Virus record (IMG/VR): IMGVR_UViG_3300042898_004326
Length of the DNA stretch: 64,000 nucleotides
Direction: 5' to 3' (one strand)
From: an uncultured virus (IMG/VR IMGVR_UViG_3300042898_004326)
Lineage: Duplodnaviria; Heunggongvirae; Uroviricota; Caudoviricetes
Part shown: positions 41,552 through 50,750 of the stretch, piece by piece
How positions within the stretch are numbered: position 1 is the stretch's first letter
Layout of the letters: every line of letters begins with the position of its first letter
Made by a program: the position numbers and the translations under genes
The notes under the pieces: generated by a model
Seen by the model: the letters and a program-made list of their open reading frames with translations, nothing else
Told to the model about the DNA's origin: nothing
Database searches by the model: none

Positions 41552-41649
41552 TCAGTGGATTCCTATTCGGGTTATTGTTTGTTACCTTTACAATAGGAAT
41601 TTCCTACCTCATTGGAGAAATAATCGAAAGAAAAGATGCCAAGAAATAA
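41548..41649 (+). CDS. Tiny single-TM protein
   Basis: MISGFLFGLLFVTFTIGISYLIGEIIERKDAKK*, ATGA overlap. Confidence 0.45.
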   Translation: MISGFLFGLLFVTFTIGISYLIGEIIERKDAKK

Positions 41650-41911
41650 AATAGTTGGAAAAAGCAATAAGCCCGGAAGCAATAAAGCAACTGGTCGAAA
41701 CTACGCTTCACAAAAAGAATTCAACAAGCGACCTGAACAGGTTGCAAAACGTGTTGAACTTAATGGTGAAGCACGCAAAAGAAAAATTTATGGCAAGCGT
41801 CATTCTAGTGGTGTTGACTTAAGTCACACAAAGTCAGGCAGTATGGTGCTTGAAAAGCGTTCTACTAACCGTGCTCGTAACGGCAAAAACGGAAAGACAA
41901 CCAAAAAATAA
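41636..41911 (+). CDS. Basic protein, degenerate HNH-like
   Basis: KRVELN.EARKR...GVDLSHTKSG.MVLEK.STNRARNG. Confidence 0.55.
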   Translation: MPRNKIVGKSNKPGSNKATGRNYASQKEFNKRPEQVAKRVELNGEARKRKIYGKRHSSGVDLSHTKSGSMVLEKRSTNRARNGKNGKTTKK

Positions 41912-41950
41912 TTTGCTTTCGATTTGGGCTCAGATTATATTTGTAGCCCC

Positions 41951-42349
41951 ATGAAAGATTTAATTAAAAAAGCACACGGAACAGCCAAAGAAAAAGGCTT
42001 TTGGGACACAGAAAGAAATGTGTCAGAAATGTTAATGCTGATTGTCAGCGAAGTAGCAGAAGCACAAGAAGCATTGCGTAAAGACCATTACGCCAAACCC
42101 CTAACAGTAGTAAGTTTAGCCCATGACCTTGAATTGGCAAACACAGATGAGGAGTTCGAGTTGAACATCTCAGAGTGGAAGCAGAGGTTCGAAGATCACA
42201 TCAAGAGTAGTTTTGAAGACGAGGTTGCAGATGTTGCCATCCGTTTGTTTGATTTGTGTGGAGGTATGGGCATCGACCTCGAAAAGCACATCGAGTTGAA
42301 GATGAAGTACAATTCTATGCGAGGATACAAACACGGAAAGGCATTCTAA
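41951..42349 (+). CDS. MazG-like nucleotide pyrophosphohydrolase
   Basis: LMLIVSEVAEAQEA...EDEVADVAIRLFD; ATG 41951 follows TATATTTG. Confidence 0.8.
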   Translation: MKDLIKKAHGTAKEKGFWDTERNVSEMLMLIVSEVAEAQEALRKDHYAKPLTVVSLAHDLELANTDEEFELNISEWKQRFEDHIKSSFEDEVADVAIRLFDLCGGMGIDLEKHIELKMKYNSMRGYKHGKAF

Positions 42350-42350
42350 T

Positions 42351-44204
42351 ATGGAACTGAATCACGAAATACTATCGGAAATCGTTGTATGGAGCAAGTA
42401 TGCTAAATACGATGAGCCTGTTCAAAGAAGAGAAATCTGGAAAGAGATTGTGGATCGCAATATGCATATGCACATTCGTAAGTTTCCCGAATTAGAAAAA
42501 GAAATTAGATACGCCTATACATTTGTTTATGATAAAAAAAACCTCCCTTCTATGCGATCTCTTCAATTTGCTGGTAAGCCTATTGAAGTTAATAACGCAC
42601 GTCTTTTTAATTGTAGTTATCTGCATATTGATGATTATCGAGCATTTAATGAGACCATGTTCCTTCTTCTTTCTGGAACTGGTGTTGGGTATTCAGTCAG
42701 CAACAACCACATTGCTAAACTACCTGCGATTACAAAACCAAAAAAGCAAAGAAGATATCTAATCCCCGACAACATCGAAGGATGGGCTGATTCAGTTAAG
42801 GTATTGATGAAGTCTTATTTCGGTCTCAGTGCTTGGAAACCCAATTTTGATTTCCGTTCTATTCGTGCAAAGGGAGAGAGATTGATTACAAGCGGTGGAG
42901 TAGCACCAGGACCAGAGCCTTTGAAGGTTTGTCTAATGCATATTGAATCCATCTTAGAGCGTAAGCAAGATGGTGAGAAGTTGACATCATTGGAGTGTCA
43001 CGATATTCTATGTCATATTGCAAATGCAGTATTGGCTGGTGGTATCCGTAGGTCTGCAATGATTGCTCTGTTCGATCACGATGATGAGGAGATGCTTACT
43101 TGCAAATTCGGTAAGTGGTACGAAACAAATCCTCAGCGTGGTCGTGCGAATAATAGTGCGAAATTACTCCGTGGTAAGATTGACAAGGGTCAATTCTTGA
43201 GTTTGTGGAAGAAGGTTGAAGCAAGTAATTCGGGTGAGCCTGGTTTCTTCTTTACAAACGATTTGGAACTTGGAACGAATCCTTGCGCTGAGATCAGTTT
43301 GAACTCATTCCAATTCTGTAATCTAGTGGAGATTAATGCATCTGACTTGAAAGATCAGCACGATTTTGAAGAGAGAACGGCTGCTGCTGCCTTTATTGGA
43401 ACGCTCCAAGCATCCTACACAGACTTTCATTATCTGAGACCCGAATGGAAAGAAGTAACCGAGAGAGAGGCCCTATTGGGAATCGGAATGACAGGTGTTG
43501 CATCGGGTAAGGTTCTTGATTTGGATATGCCAGAAGCTGCTGAAATGGCCTATAGAACAAACAAAGTTGTCGCTAAAGAAATTGGAATCAATCCTTCTGC
43601 TCGTATTACTACAATCAAACCATCAGGAACCTCCTCAATCGTTTTGGGATGCTCATCTGGTGTTCACCCTTGGCATTCAGAATACTACATCCGCAGAATG
43701 AAAGTGGGTAAGACTGAGGCCCTTTACACTTACTTGCTAATCAATCACCCCGAATTGCTAGAGGATAGCATTTACAATTCTGCTGAGGCGTATGTATGTG
43801 TTCCAATCGCTGCTCCTAAAGGATCGATTACTAGGCACTCTGAGAGCGCAATTCAGTTCCTAGAAAGGGTGAAGTTGCTTCACGAGAAATGGATCAAACC
43901 TGGGCACGTTTATGGCGAGAATACACACAATGTTTCAGCTAGTGTAACTATGAAACCAAATGAATGGGCAATCGTTGGAGAATGGTTGTGGGAGAATCAG
44001 AATCACTACAATGGTCTCTCCTTTATGCCACAAGATTTGGGTTCATATAAGCAGACTCCTTTTGAGGATATTGACGAGGCCACCTACCTTGAATTATCTA
44101 AGGTGGTGAGCAAGATTAATGTCGCAAATATTGTAGAAATTAGCGACAACACAAGCCTACTAGGCGAGGCTGCTTGCGCTGGTGGTGCTTGTGAAATTTC
44201 ATAA
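42351..44204 (+). CDS. nrdJ: Class II (adenosylcobalamin-dependent) ribonucleotide reductase
   Basis: PSMRSL, FNCS, GTGVG, RRSAMI, TNPCAE, TTIKPSGT and terminal ACAGGAC; no small-subunit gene nearby. Confidence 0.85.
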   Translation: MELNHEILSEIVVWSKYAKYDEPVQRREIWKEIVDRNMHMHIRKFPELEKEIRYAYTFVYDKKNLPSMRSLQFAGKPIEVNNARLFNCSYLHIDDYRAFNETMFLLLSGTGVGYSVSNNHIAKLPAITKPKKQRRYLIPDNIEGWADSVKVLMKSYFGLSAWKPNFDFRSIRAKGERLITSGGVAPGPEPLKVCLMHIESILERKQDGEKLTSLECHDILCHIANAVLAGGIRRSAMIALFDHDDEEMLTCKFGKWYETNPQRGRANNSAKLLRGKIDKGQFLSLWKKVEASNSGEPGFFFTNDLELGTNPCAEISLNSFQFCNLVEINASDLKDQHDFEERTAAAAFIGTLQASYTDFHYLRPEWKEVTEREALLGIGMTGVASGKVLDLDMPEAAEMAYRTNKVVAKEIGINPSARITTIKPSGTSSIVLGCSSGVHPWHSEYYIRRMKVGKTEALYTYLLINHPELLEDSIYNSAEAYVCVPIAAPKGSITRHSESAIQFLERVKLLHEKWIKPGHVYGENTHNVSASVTMKPNEWAIVGEWLWENQNHYNGLSFMPQDLGSYKQTPFEDIDEATYLELSKVVSKINVANIVEISDNTSLLGEAACAGGACEIS

Positions 44205-44261
44205 GTAAAAAGTCAAGTTTTTTGTAATAAAAACCGGACAAATTCGGAAAAATGCCGAGAA

Positions 44262-44295
44262 GACCCACATTATTTAACAGTAGTGTGGGTTTTTT
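44262..44295 (+). terminator. Terminator after nrdJ
   Basis: ACCCACATTA...TAGTGTGGGT followed by a T tract. Confidence 0.75.
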
Positions 44296-44568
44296 CATAC
44301 ATTAATGTATCTAAATGCATATAATGACGGGTTTCTCATACAAATTATACCCGAACGCATATAATGTGTCTTATATGGCTCATTTTCGTACCCTTTTGGG
44401 TGTCTTAAAGCTCATTATTGCACAATAATTGCACATTATAATGGTTAAATGATCCCAAAATCACACTTTTTAACCAATTTATTGGTTATTTTTCACAAAT
44501 TTGGCATTTAAGAGTTTTTTGCATAAGTTTGCAATGTTCATGTTTACTTAAATGTTAGTTTAGGGTTT

Positions 44569-44594
44569 AAGGGGTGGCTTTGGCTGCCCCTTTT
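44569..44594 (+). terminator. Terminator-like hairpin
   Basis: AAGGGGTGGC-TTTG-GCTGCCCCTT followed by TT; TAAGTTTG promoter box about 40 nt upstream (44524-44531). Confidence 0.65.
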
Positions 44595-44598
44595 ACTA

Positions 44599-44770
44599 AA
44601 AAGCCCACCGAAAACAATTGACTTGTGTTATCTGGAGGAAACTCAAATCGGATAACGACCCTGTAAAATGGGTGAAATGTTTCTTTCCTGCTTCTACAAC
44701 GACAGGGAATTTAGAAATGGTATTTAAGTATTAAAATACTAATAAACAAAGAATTAATTGGTGGGCTTTT
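44599..44770 (+). ncRNA. Candidate structured RNA (multi-stem junction)
   Basis: 11-bp closing stem AAAAGCCCACC/GGTGGGCTTTT enclosing four internal hairpins. Confidence 0.4.
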
Positions 44771-44800
44771 AACCTTTACGTTTACAATTTATGGTTTATA

Positions 44801-44818
44801 GTAAACCTATAGGTTTAC
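44801..44818. promoter_or_regulatory. Perfect 18-bp palindrome, operator candidate
   Basis: GTAAACCTA-TAGGTTTAC, immediately upstream of the TACATTTG box at 44823-44830. Confidence 0.5.
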
Positions 44819-44834
44819 ACCTTACATTTGTACT

Positions 44835-45239
44835 ATGAAAAATACATTATTTATCGCAATGTGCATTACGGTAATTTCGTGTGGGTCTCCGAAGAAAAGA
44901 TACGACAGACTGATACGCAAATATCCGTATTTAGTCGAAACTGATACGGTAATCGTAAAGGATACCATAATCAAAGAAACTAGGGTGCCGGTACCTGAGT
45001 ACAAGGATTCGTTTATCGTAACTCACGACACAGTAATTGAGACAGAAAAACTAATCATTACACGTAGAGGCGATTTCTTTGGTGTAACGGTGAAGCCTGA
45101 TACAATTACTTTCCGGGATACAATTCCGTATGAGGTTAAAGTGGCTGGTAAAATAGTTAACAAAGAAGTAATCAACTGGTGGTATATTGCGATGTCCTTT
45201 ATTGGGGGACTTTTAATCGCTCTGTACCTAAGAAAATGA
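44835..45239 (+). CDS. Lipoprotein with C-terminal TM (unimolecular spanin candidate)
   Basis: Signal peptide with lipobox VISC, repeated DT(V/I)I beta motifs, C-terminal WWYIAMSFIGGLLIALYLRK. Confidence 0.6.
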   Translation: MKNTLFIAMCITVISCGSPKKRYDRLIRKYPYLVETDTVIVKDTIIKETRVPVPEYKDSFIVTHDTVIETEKLIITRRGDFFGVTVKPDTITFRDTIPYEVKVAGKIVNKEVINWWYIAMSFIGGLLIALYLRK

Positions 45240-45679
45240 AATTCAATCAGCAATCTTTTGATGACAACGATGCCACAGGTAAGGAATTGCTTATGTCTTT
45301 TTTACGCTCGAAGGGTCACAATATTTCGGAGAATTGTGACAAATATGCAGTAGATCTTGTCTCCGAAAAGGATGGCAAAGGCTATTATTGGGAGGTGGAA
45401 ATGAAATCTAAAAGACCGTGGACCAATAGAGAAGACTTTCCTTTCCCATCCGTTTCATTCCTAAGCCGCAAAGAGAAATGGAAAGAACAACACTTCTGGT
45501 ATGTCATCATTTGTAAGGAAACAAAGGCTGCGATATTTTGCAACGCAGATATTATATTTAAAGAAAATTATAAACAAAAATTATATATTAAAACAAAGGA
45601 TCGTACAGGTTTGGATAATTTTTATCGAGTACCAAAAGAATTATGTATATTTGTGCCACCAGAAGAATTTATAGTATGA
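45236..45679 (+). CDS. PD-(D/E)XK-like nuclease
   Basis: YAVDL...WEVEMK; likely start ATG 45236. Confidence 0.5.
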   Translation: MKFNQQSFDDNDATGKELLMSFLRSKGHNISENCDKYAVDLVSEKDGKGYYWEVEMKSKRPWTNREDFPFPSVSFLSRKEKWKEQHFWYVIICKETKAAIFCNADIIFKENYKQKLYIKTKDRTGLDNFYRVPKELCIFVPPEEFIV

Positions 45680-45897
45680 AAGACAACGTAAACCCTTCAC
45701 ATTACAAGCAAGGTAAAGTAGAATGCATTGACGCAATCGAAGCCGCTACAATTAACAAGAAAGGCTTGGCTGCCGTATGTACTGCCAATGTATTTAAGTA
45801 CTTATGGCGTTGCGAATCTAAGGGTGGTGTAGAGGATATGAAAAAAGCTCAATGGTATTTGAATAAGATGATTGAACAATACGATCAGAAGGAGTAA
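45676..45897 (+). CDS. DUF3310 (SaV-like) protein
   Basis: DNVNPSHYKQGKVECIDAI...KYLWR..KGGVEDMKKAQWYL. Confidence 0.85.
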   Translation: MKDNVNPSHYKQGKVECIDAIEAATINKKGLAAVCTANVFKYLWRCESKGGVEDMKKAQWYLNKMIEQYDQKE

Positions 45898-45900
45898 ATT

Positions 45901-46272
45901 GTGAAAATTTACTGGACATATAGCAGAATAAATTTAAAGCCTTCAGAGGTTTCTAAACACGAGCAAGCAAAGGTTCGTTTCTCATCTGACTCAACTCATA
46001 TCGGAGGTTTAGAAAGAATACCTATACTAACTCATTGCATCAGTAAAGAAGGTTATTTGCACGCTATTAATTATTGTCCAGGGCAAGAGGTACATTTGGC
46101 TGTAATTGGAGGATTAGATACGGATTGTAGATACAGAAATACAGCAACAACAGAACAACTCCTGACGCTTGGAAATATCGTCAGATTTTATTTATCTTTG
46201 GGGGAAGTTATCGAGGAAGGAGACTTCGCAAATTTTAACTTAGAGCAATGGCTAAAGGCAATAAACAAATAA
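45901..46272 (+). CDS. Degenerate N-acetylmuramoyl-L-alanine amidase-like protein
   Basis: HCISKEG...HLAVIGGLD.....NTATTEQLLTL resembles the T7-lysozyme-type core; Zn ligands not evident. Confidence 0.4.
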   Translation: MKIYWTYSRINLKPSEVSKHEQAKVRFSSDSTHIGGLERIPILTHCISKEGYLHAINYCPGQEVHLAVIGGLDTDCRYRNTATTEQLLTLGNIVRFYLSLGEVIEEGDFANFNLEQWLKAINK

Positions 46273-46436
46273 TTGAGAAAGAAGTCGTTGAACTTCAGAA
46301 GTTAATTTCTTGGTGTGATTACTATACAGCAGTAGGAAACCCAATCGAAGCAAACAAAGCGCAAAAAGAAATTGAAGACCAAAAACGTAAAATTGCAGAC
46401 CTTAGAGAATCTCTCGGAATACCTAAGGGAAAATAA
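46248..46436 (+). CDS. Small coiled-coil hypothetical protein
   Basis: 62 aa within the operon. Confidence 0.5.
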   Translation: MAKGNKQIIEKEVVELQKLISWCDYYTAVGNPIEANKAQKEIEDQKRKIADLRESLGIPKGK

Positions 46437-46719
46437 TATTTCAGAAACTGAGGCAATAGAAAGATTACAGGTTCAATCGTTTGATCCTGCTAAAGACTTT
46501 TATTCAACTTTGGTTTCTGCATCAAAACAATTGATGCAAAAGGTAAGAGATGAGATGCTCGACTTGGACGATCCTTATCAAAAGGGTTTGTTCCAACTAC
46601 TCCAGGCAGGAGATAAAATTAACAAGAGTTTGAAACTTGCGAAGCTAGAAGCCTATCCCGAAGACAACAATGTCGAAGAGGAAGGTGGCTTTCTTGATCG
46701 TATATCACAAAGAAGATGA
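46372..46719 (+). CDS. Terminase small subunit candidate
   Basis: Helical acidic protein immediately upstream of TerL, ATGA overlap. Confidence 0.4.
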   Translation: MKTKNVKLQTLENLSEYLRENNISETEAIERLQVQSFDPAKDFYSTLVSASKQLMQKVRDEMLDLDDPYQKGLFQLLQAGDKINKSLKLAKLEAYPEDNNVEEEGGFLDRISQRR

Positions 46720-48527
46720 AGGCAAGCAAATTTGAATATGACAAATGGTATGCCAAGCACGGTCTGAATCCAAATGCCACACAAAAAGAGAAAGAACTTT
46801 GGTGGGGCAAGGAGAAAGAATTTTGGGTTGAAGGTCGTTTCGATTTGGTTGGGCCTCACTACTTTGCATTAACACAAAGTTTCGTAAAAGACGCCAGAGG
46901 TTACAAAAAAAGACCGATTTGGCGAGATATAGATGATTTAATCTATAACGGATACCTAGAAGCTAGAAGGACTAACCACGATTTGTTTATTACAAAAAGA
47001 CGTGAGGTGGGTCTGTCATTTATCTTTGGTGGAATCATCCCGATGTGGATAGCAATGACTAACCCTGGATCTACATCTCTCATTACATCAGCAGATAAAA
47101 AACGTCTTGAGGCTTTATTCAAAGACAAATTGCGTGTAGTGTACGATGAGTTTGATGATTATGCCAAACCCGGCATTGTATCTACCCGACAGGAAGGCTA
47201 CCTGCACTTGGGTCGCAGGGATAACAAAACAGGTAAGGTTACAGGTTTGGATTCTCAAATCATTACCAAGGAGACCGTAGACACACCGACAGCATTCGAG
47301 GCGTATCGTGCGATGCACATTTTTATTGACGAGTGTATGCTTCATCCCAAGGCTGATAAGGTTTACAAATCAGCACAGGCAAGTACCAAGTCAGGCTTTG
47401 TAAAAGTAGCTCCTATTGTCATTGGAGGGAGTGCTGGAGAAGCCACATCAATTGGCCAGAAGTTAGCCAAAACTTTGTGGGAAAATGCCGATGCATTAAA
47501 GATTCTCACCCTCTTTCTCCCTGGTCATCAAGGGATTATGGAAGCACCCGAATTAGACATAAATGGTAAGGAAACTGGCAAAATTCTAAACTTCTGTCCT
47601 AATGGTCACAGCGATGAGAAGGGTGCAACAGATTGGATTATGCAGAGTAGGGATACCCTTGACAAACTAGAAGATAAGTCTTATCTGAATTCTTTTATCA
47701 AGCAGTATCCATTAGATATCAATGAGGTATTTTCTGTGGCTGGACATGGTGCATTCCCCAAACACATTATGACCAAGTTGGATACCCAAGAAAGAATTAT
47801 CTTGAGCACACGTCCTCCCATTGATCGTTCGGAATTACAATATAATTACGATGGTGCGATTCTGAAAAAGCCAAACATCAGTAGCAAGATACATTTTTTA
47901 GAGGAGCCTAGAGAAGGACATACATACATCGGAGGCATTGACCCGATTCCTTTCAACTCAAAGAACATGGGCGATGGTTCTCAGCAGGCCATGGTCATCA
48001 AAGATATAGATACCAATAGGTATGTAGCTCACTATGCGGAAAGGGACTCAGATCCTGACATAATCGTAGGCAACATGATAAAACTACAGGAGTACTACAA
48101 CAATGCTATAGCAATGATTGAGATTAACCGTGGTGGTGTTGTGAAGCAGAAGTATAAAGAATCAGGTAAAATACATCTGCTAGCTAAGAAGCCCATCTTC
48201 TTAGGTAAAGGATTCTTTAAAGACGATGACTCTGTTGGCTATTACAAAAACGATACTACAGCAGAACGAGGCAATACTTATATAATCGATTACCTCAATG
48301 CCCATTGTGATGACATCTGGTTTATCGATATGATAACCGATTTGAAAAACTATCTGATTGAGAATACAGATTTAGCAGATGCCATGGTGGCGTGTGAAAT
48401 AATGCACAAGAACATCGTTAAGAAGTCTGAGCGGACAAAACCTCAAGAAGTGATGGTTCGAGAGATACCAATCTTGAAGTTTGTAAACGGACGGTATGTT
48501 CGTGAGTGGGTGAAGGTAAAAGCATAG
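46716..48527 (+). CDS. terL: Terminase large subunit
   Basis: KRREVGLS Walker A variant, IFIDE Walker B, GGSAG, YIGGIDP RNase H nuclease motif, IEIN, DLADA. Confidence 0.85.
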   Translation: MKASKFEYDKWYAKHGLNPNATQKEKELWWGKEKEFWVEGRFDLVGPHYFALTQSFVKDARGYKKRPIWRDIDDLIYNGYLEARRTNHDLFITKRREVGLSFIFGGIIPMWIAMTNPGSTSLITSADKKRLEALFKDKLRVVYDEFDDYAKPGIVSTRQEGYLHLGRRDNKTGKVTGLDSQIITKETVDTPTAFEAYRAMHIFIDECMLHPKADKVYKSAQASTKSGFVKVAPIVIGGSAGEATSIGQKLAKTLWENADALKILTLFLPGHQGIMEAPELDINGKETGKILNFCPNGHSDEKGATDWIMQSRDTLDKLEDKSYLNSFIKQYPLDINEVFSVAGHGAFPKHIMTKLDTQERIILSTRPPIDRSELQYNYDGAILKKPNISSKIHFLEEPREGHTYIGGIDPIPFNSKNMGDGSQQAMVIKDIDTNRYVAHYAERDSDPDIIVGNMIKLQEYYNNAIAMIEINRGGVVKQKYKESGKIHLLAKKPIFLGKGFFKDDDSVGYYKNDTTAERGNTYIIDYLNAHCDDIWFIDMITDLKNYLIENTDLADAMVACEIMHKNIVKKSERTKPQEVMVREIPILKFVNGRYVREWVKVKA

Positions 48528-48815
48528 GGTAGTTTACCTGTTTATCTTCTAAGAAATTCGCTAATACATCTACGCAGCGGACCGAAAGGAACTCTCCATC
48601 CAGTAAGATAGGAATCTTTATTTTCTTACGGCAATGAACCACTAGGTAACCATTTATGGGCTTGGTGGTAAATCTCTGGCGTAGGGTTGGTACAATCACA
48701 TTATCCCCATGTTTCTCTATCTTATGAGAAAAGCAAAGTTCTTGGGTCACGAGTTCATATCGCAACCCAAGAAGTATTACCCGAAGATCGATCCCATAGT
48801 GTGGGATATTGATTC

Positions 48816-50750
48816 TTACAGCAGACTCAATTGTTTCGGCTGAATCAATTCTATCAGTTTGTTGCATTCGTTTTCGAAAAATCCGTAGTTCAAATTACTC
48901 TTATCAAAATCATCCTTGCGATTGAATGGGTAGGTCTGATATCCTTCACACAAATGGTGCTCACGACCATCCTTATTAATCTTCATAGACACACCACCTC
49001 TATATACCGGCAGGAAACGATATATCTTGCCGAAATCTAGTCTTCTTTCTTCGTTGCCATCAAGATAAATAAACTCAACGTGCCATCCCCTAGTAGCCTT
49101 GTAGCGACCGCAGAAGTCTAAGATGTTGTCGTGATTGCGAAGGGTCTCAGCAATAGGAGTTCCATTCACAAAGTATTCACGAACAGCCAAAGGTACAACC
49201 ATATAGGAGTTATCCTTATGCCAATCCTTTTTAGTTTCAAACGCACCCTTCTCTTTAATCTTGCCATCCTCACTTACAGCAATGTAGTTGTTTACATCCC
49301 GGATAATCATGGATGCGTAGTTTGCATATTCCAATTGCAATTTGGTCACCTGCTCCCACTCCCTACAGATTTTCATAATCTCATCTTGTAACAAATAACT
49401 ATATAAAATTGTTACACCATCTGTGTTAACTTGCAGTAGGGATGCACCTTTGCGAACCAAACGCTCTACCAACATTGTCAAAAGCAATTGTCCGTTCACG
49501 GTGACTGCAAAGAATACATTCGGATCGTAAAAACAACTCACATCTGAACCCGTCTTACCGAACAAACCATTCAATGCCAACTTCAATGCATCAGCAGTCA
49601 ACTTGTCACCTTCCTTCTGAGCCTGAACCCTTTGGTCAAAAATATCGGTGTACACTTGAACAAAGGTATCTTGATTCATTTGCCTTGGGTGGAGTCTGTT
49701 ACGAATGAATAAGTTGGGGTAGTAAGACTTCACATCAATGTCAAGAATACCATGTGTCTTACTTGTGCTGTACACACCTGGCTTGAGACATCCGTGAATA
49801 CCACCAACACCATAGTCCAAACGCATCCCATCAAAGTTCACGGAGAAACTGAAACTCTTCTTCTGTTGAGCGATTCTCTGTACTCGAATGTTGTTGTCCC
49901 TAAACTTATCGAGCAGATCGTTGGTTGATGCACTCGTATTCAAATTCTCTACGAACTGCTTTAAGAAAGAAGAAGAGGAGACGGTTTCATTCATCAAGTA
50001 GAGCAACTTCTGGAAGCAGGGCTCTCGAAAAGAAACATAAGGAAAGATTATATTCTTAAGTTTAACATCTGCTCTTTTGCCTCTAATCTCCTGTAATTGT
50101 TTTGTAGGTAGACCCATAGCTTGCGAAAGGTATTTCAAAAAGATTGACTCACCAATAACCACATCGCTCTTGTTTAACACTTTAAGGTTGTATTTCTTAC
50201 CGATTTTCTTACGAAGTTCAACTTTATCGTGGCATAACTCATAGAAGTAAGCTGTGAATTCCACATCGTTTTTGTTGTAACCGATAACCTTCTCCAAATT
50301 AATCTTATCTATTAGTGTGGTGTGATCAAACGGCATATCCATTACATTGTCCCATCCACAAGAAACCTGCAAGGCTTTCAAAGAAGTCGAGCGAGCTTTG
50401 TTGTCGTAGTGATTCAGCAGATACAAATCCAACTGAGAAATTTCTTGTGCTGTGTAAGATCGCTTTTCTTGAGAAATAATTTCCTGAGCAAGAGCATAAA
50501 TCTGCTGTGCTGTCTGAATTTCATCCTTCATTATAGCACGAACGATAGGCCAGTCAAAATGGATGTTGTTGAACCCAATCATCCCAGCTTTTTTCGCTTG
50601 CAAATCCTTCATATAAATTTGGAACGCAACTAAATCTGAGCCCAAATCCTTGTCCCCAATAACAAATACATTTAGTTCTTTTGTGTCGATGTTTAAACCC
50701 GTGTAGGTAAAGCAATTCTTAAATGTTTCGATGTCGTATACTATTTTCAT
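48816..50750 (-). CDS. polB: Family B DNA polymerase
   Basis: YDIET exonuclease, GFNNIHFD, DIDVKSYYPN, KLALNGLFGK, NTDG. Confidence 0.9.
   Translation of the reverse strand: MKIVYDIETFKNCFTYTGLNIDTKELNVFVIGDKDLGSDLVAFQIYMKDLQAKKAGMIGFNNIHFDWPIVRAIMKDEIQTAQQIYALAQEIISQEKRSYTAQEISQLDLYLLNHYDNKARSTSLKALQVSCGWDNVMDMPFDHTTLIDKINLEKVIGYNKNDVEFTAYFYELCHDKVELRKKIGKKYNLKVLNKSDVVIGESIFLKYLSQAMGLPTKQLQEIRGKRADVKLKNIIFPYVSFREPCFQKLLYLMNETVSSSSFLKQFVENLNTSASTNDLLDKFRDNNIRVQRIAQQKKSFSFSVNFDGMRLDYGVGGIHGCLKPGVYSTSKTHGILDIDVKSYYPNLFIRNRLHPRQMNQDTFVQVYTDIFDQRVQAQKEGDKLTADALKLALNGLFGKTGSDVSCFYDPNVFFAVTVNGQLLLTMLVERLVRKGASLLQVNTDGVTILYSYLLQDEIMKICREWEQVTKLQLEYANYASMIIRDVNNYIAVSEDGKIKEKGAFETKKDWHKDNSYMVVPLAVREYFVNGTPIAETLRNHDNILDFCGRYKATRGWHVEFIYLDGNEERRLDFGKIYRFLPVYRGGVSMKINKDGREHHLCEGYQTYPFNRKDDFDKSNLNYGFFENECNKLIELIQPKQLSLL

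Noticed and set aside
44205..44834. tRNA or cobalamin riboswitch beside nrdJ
   Set aside because: No cloverleaf with T-loop or B12 box was recognised, and the region lies downstream of nrdJ
48418..48867. 149-aa minus-strand ORF after polB
   Set aside because: It overlaps both polB and terL ends, has no recognisable motif and an unclear start; it may be a real shorter gene but cannot be supported
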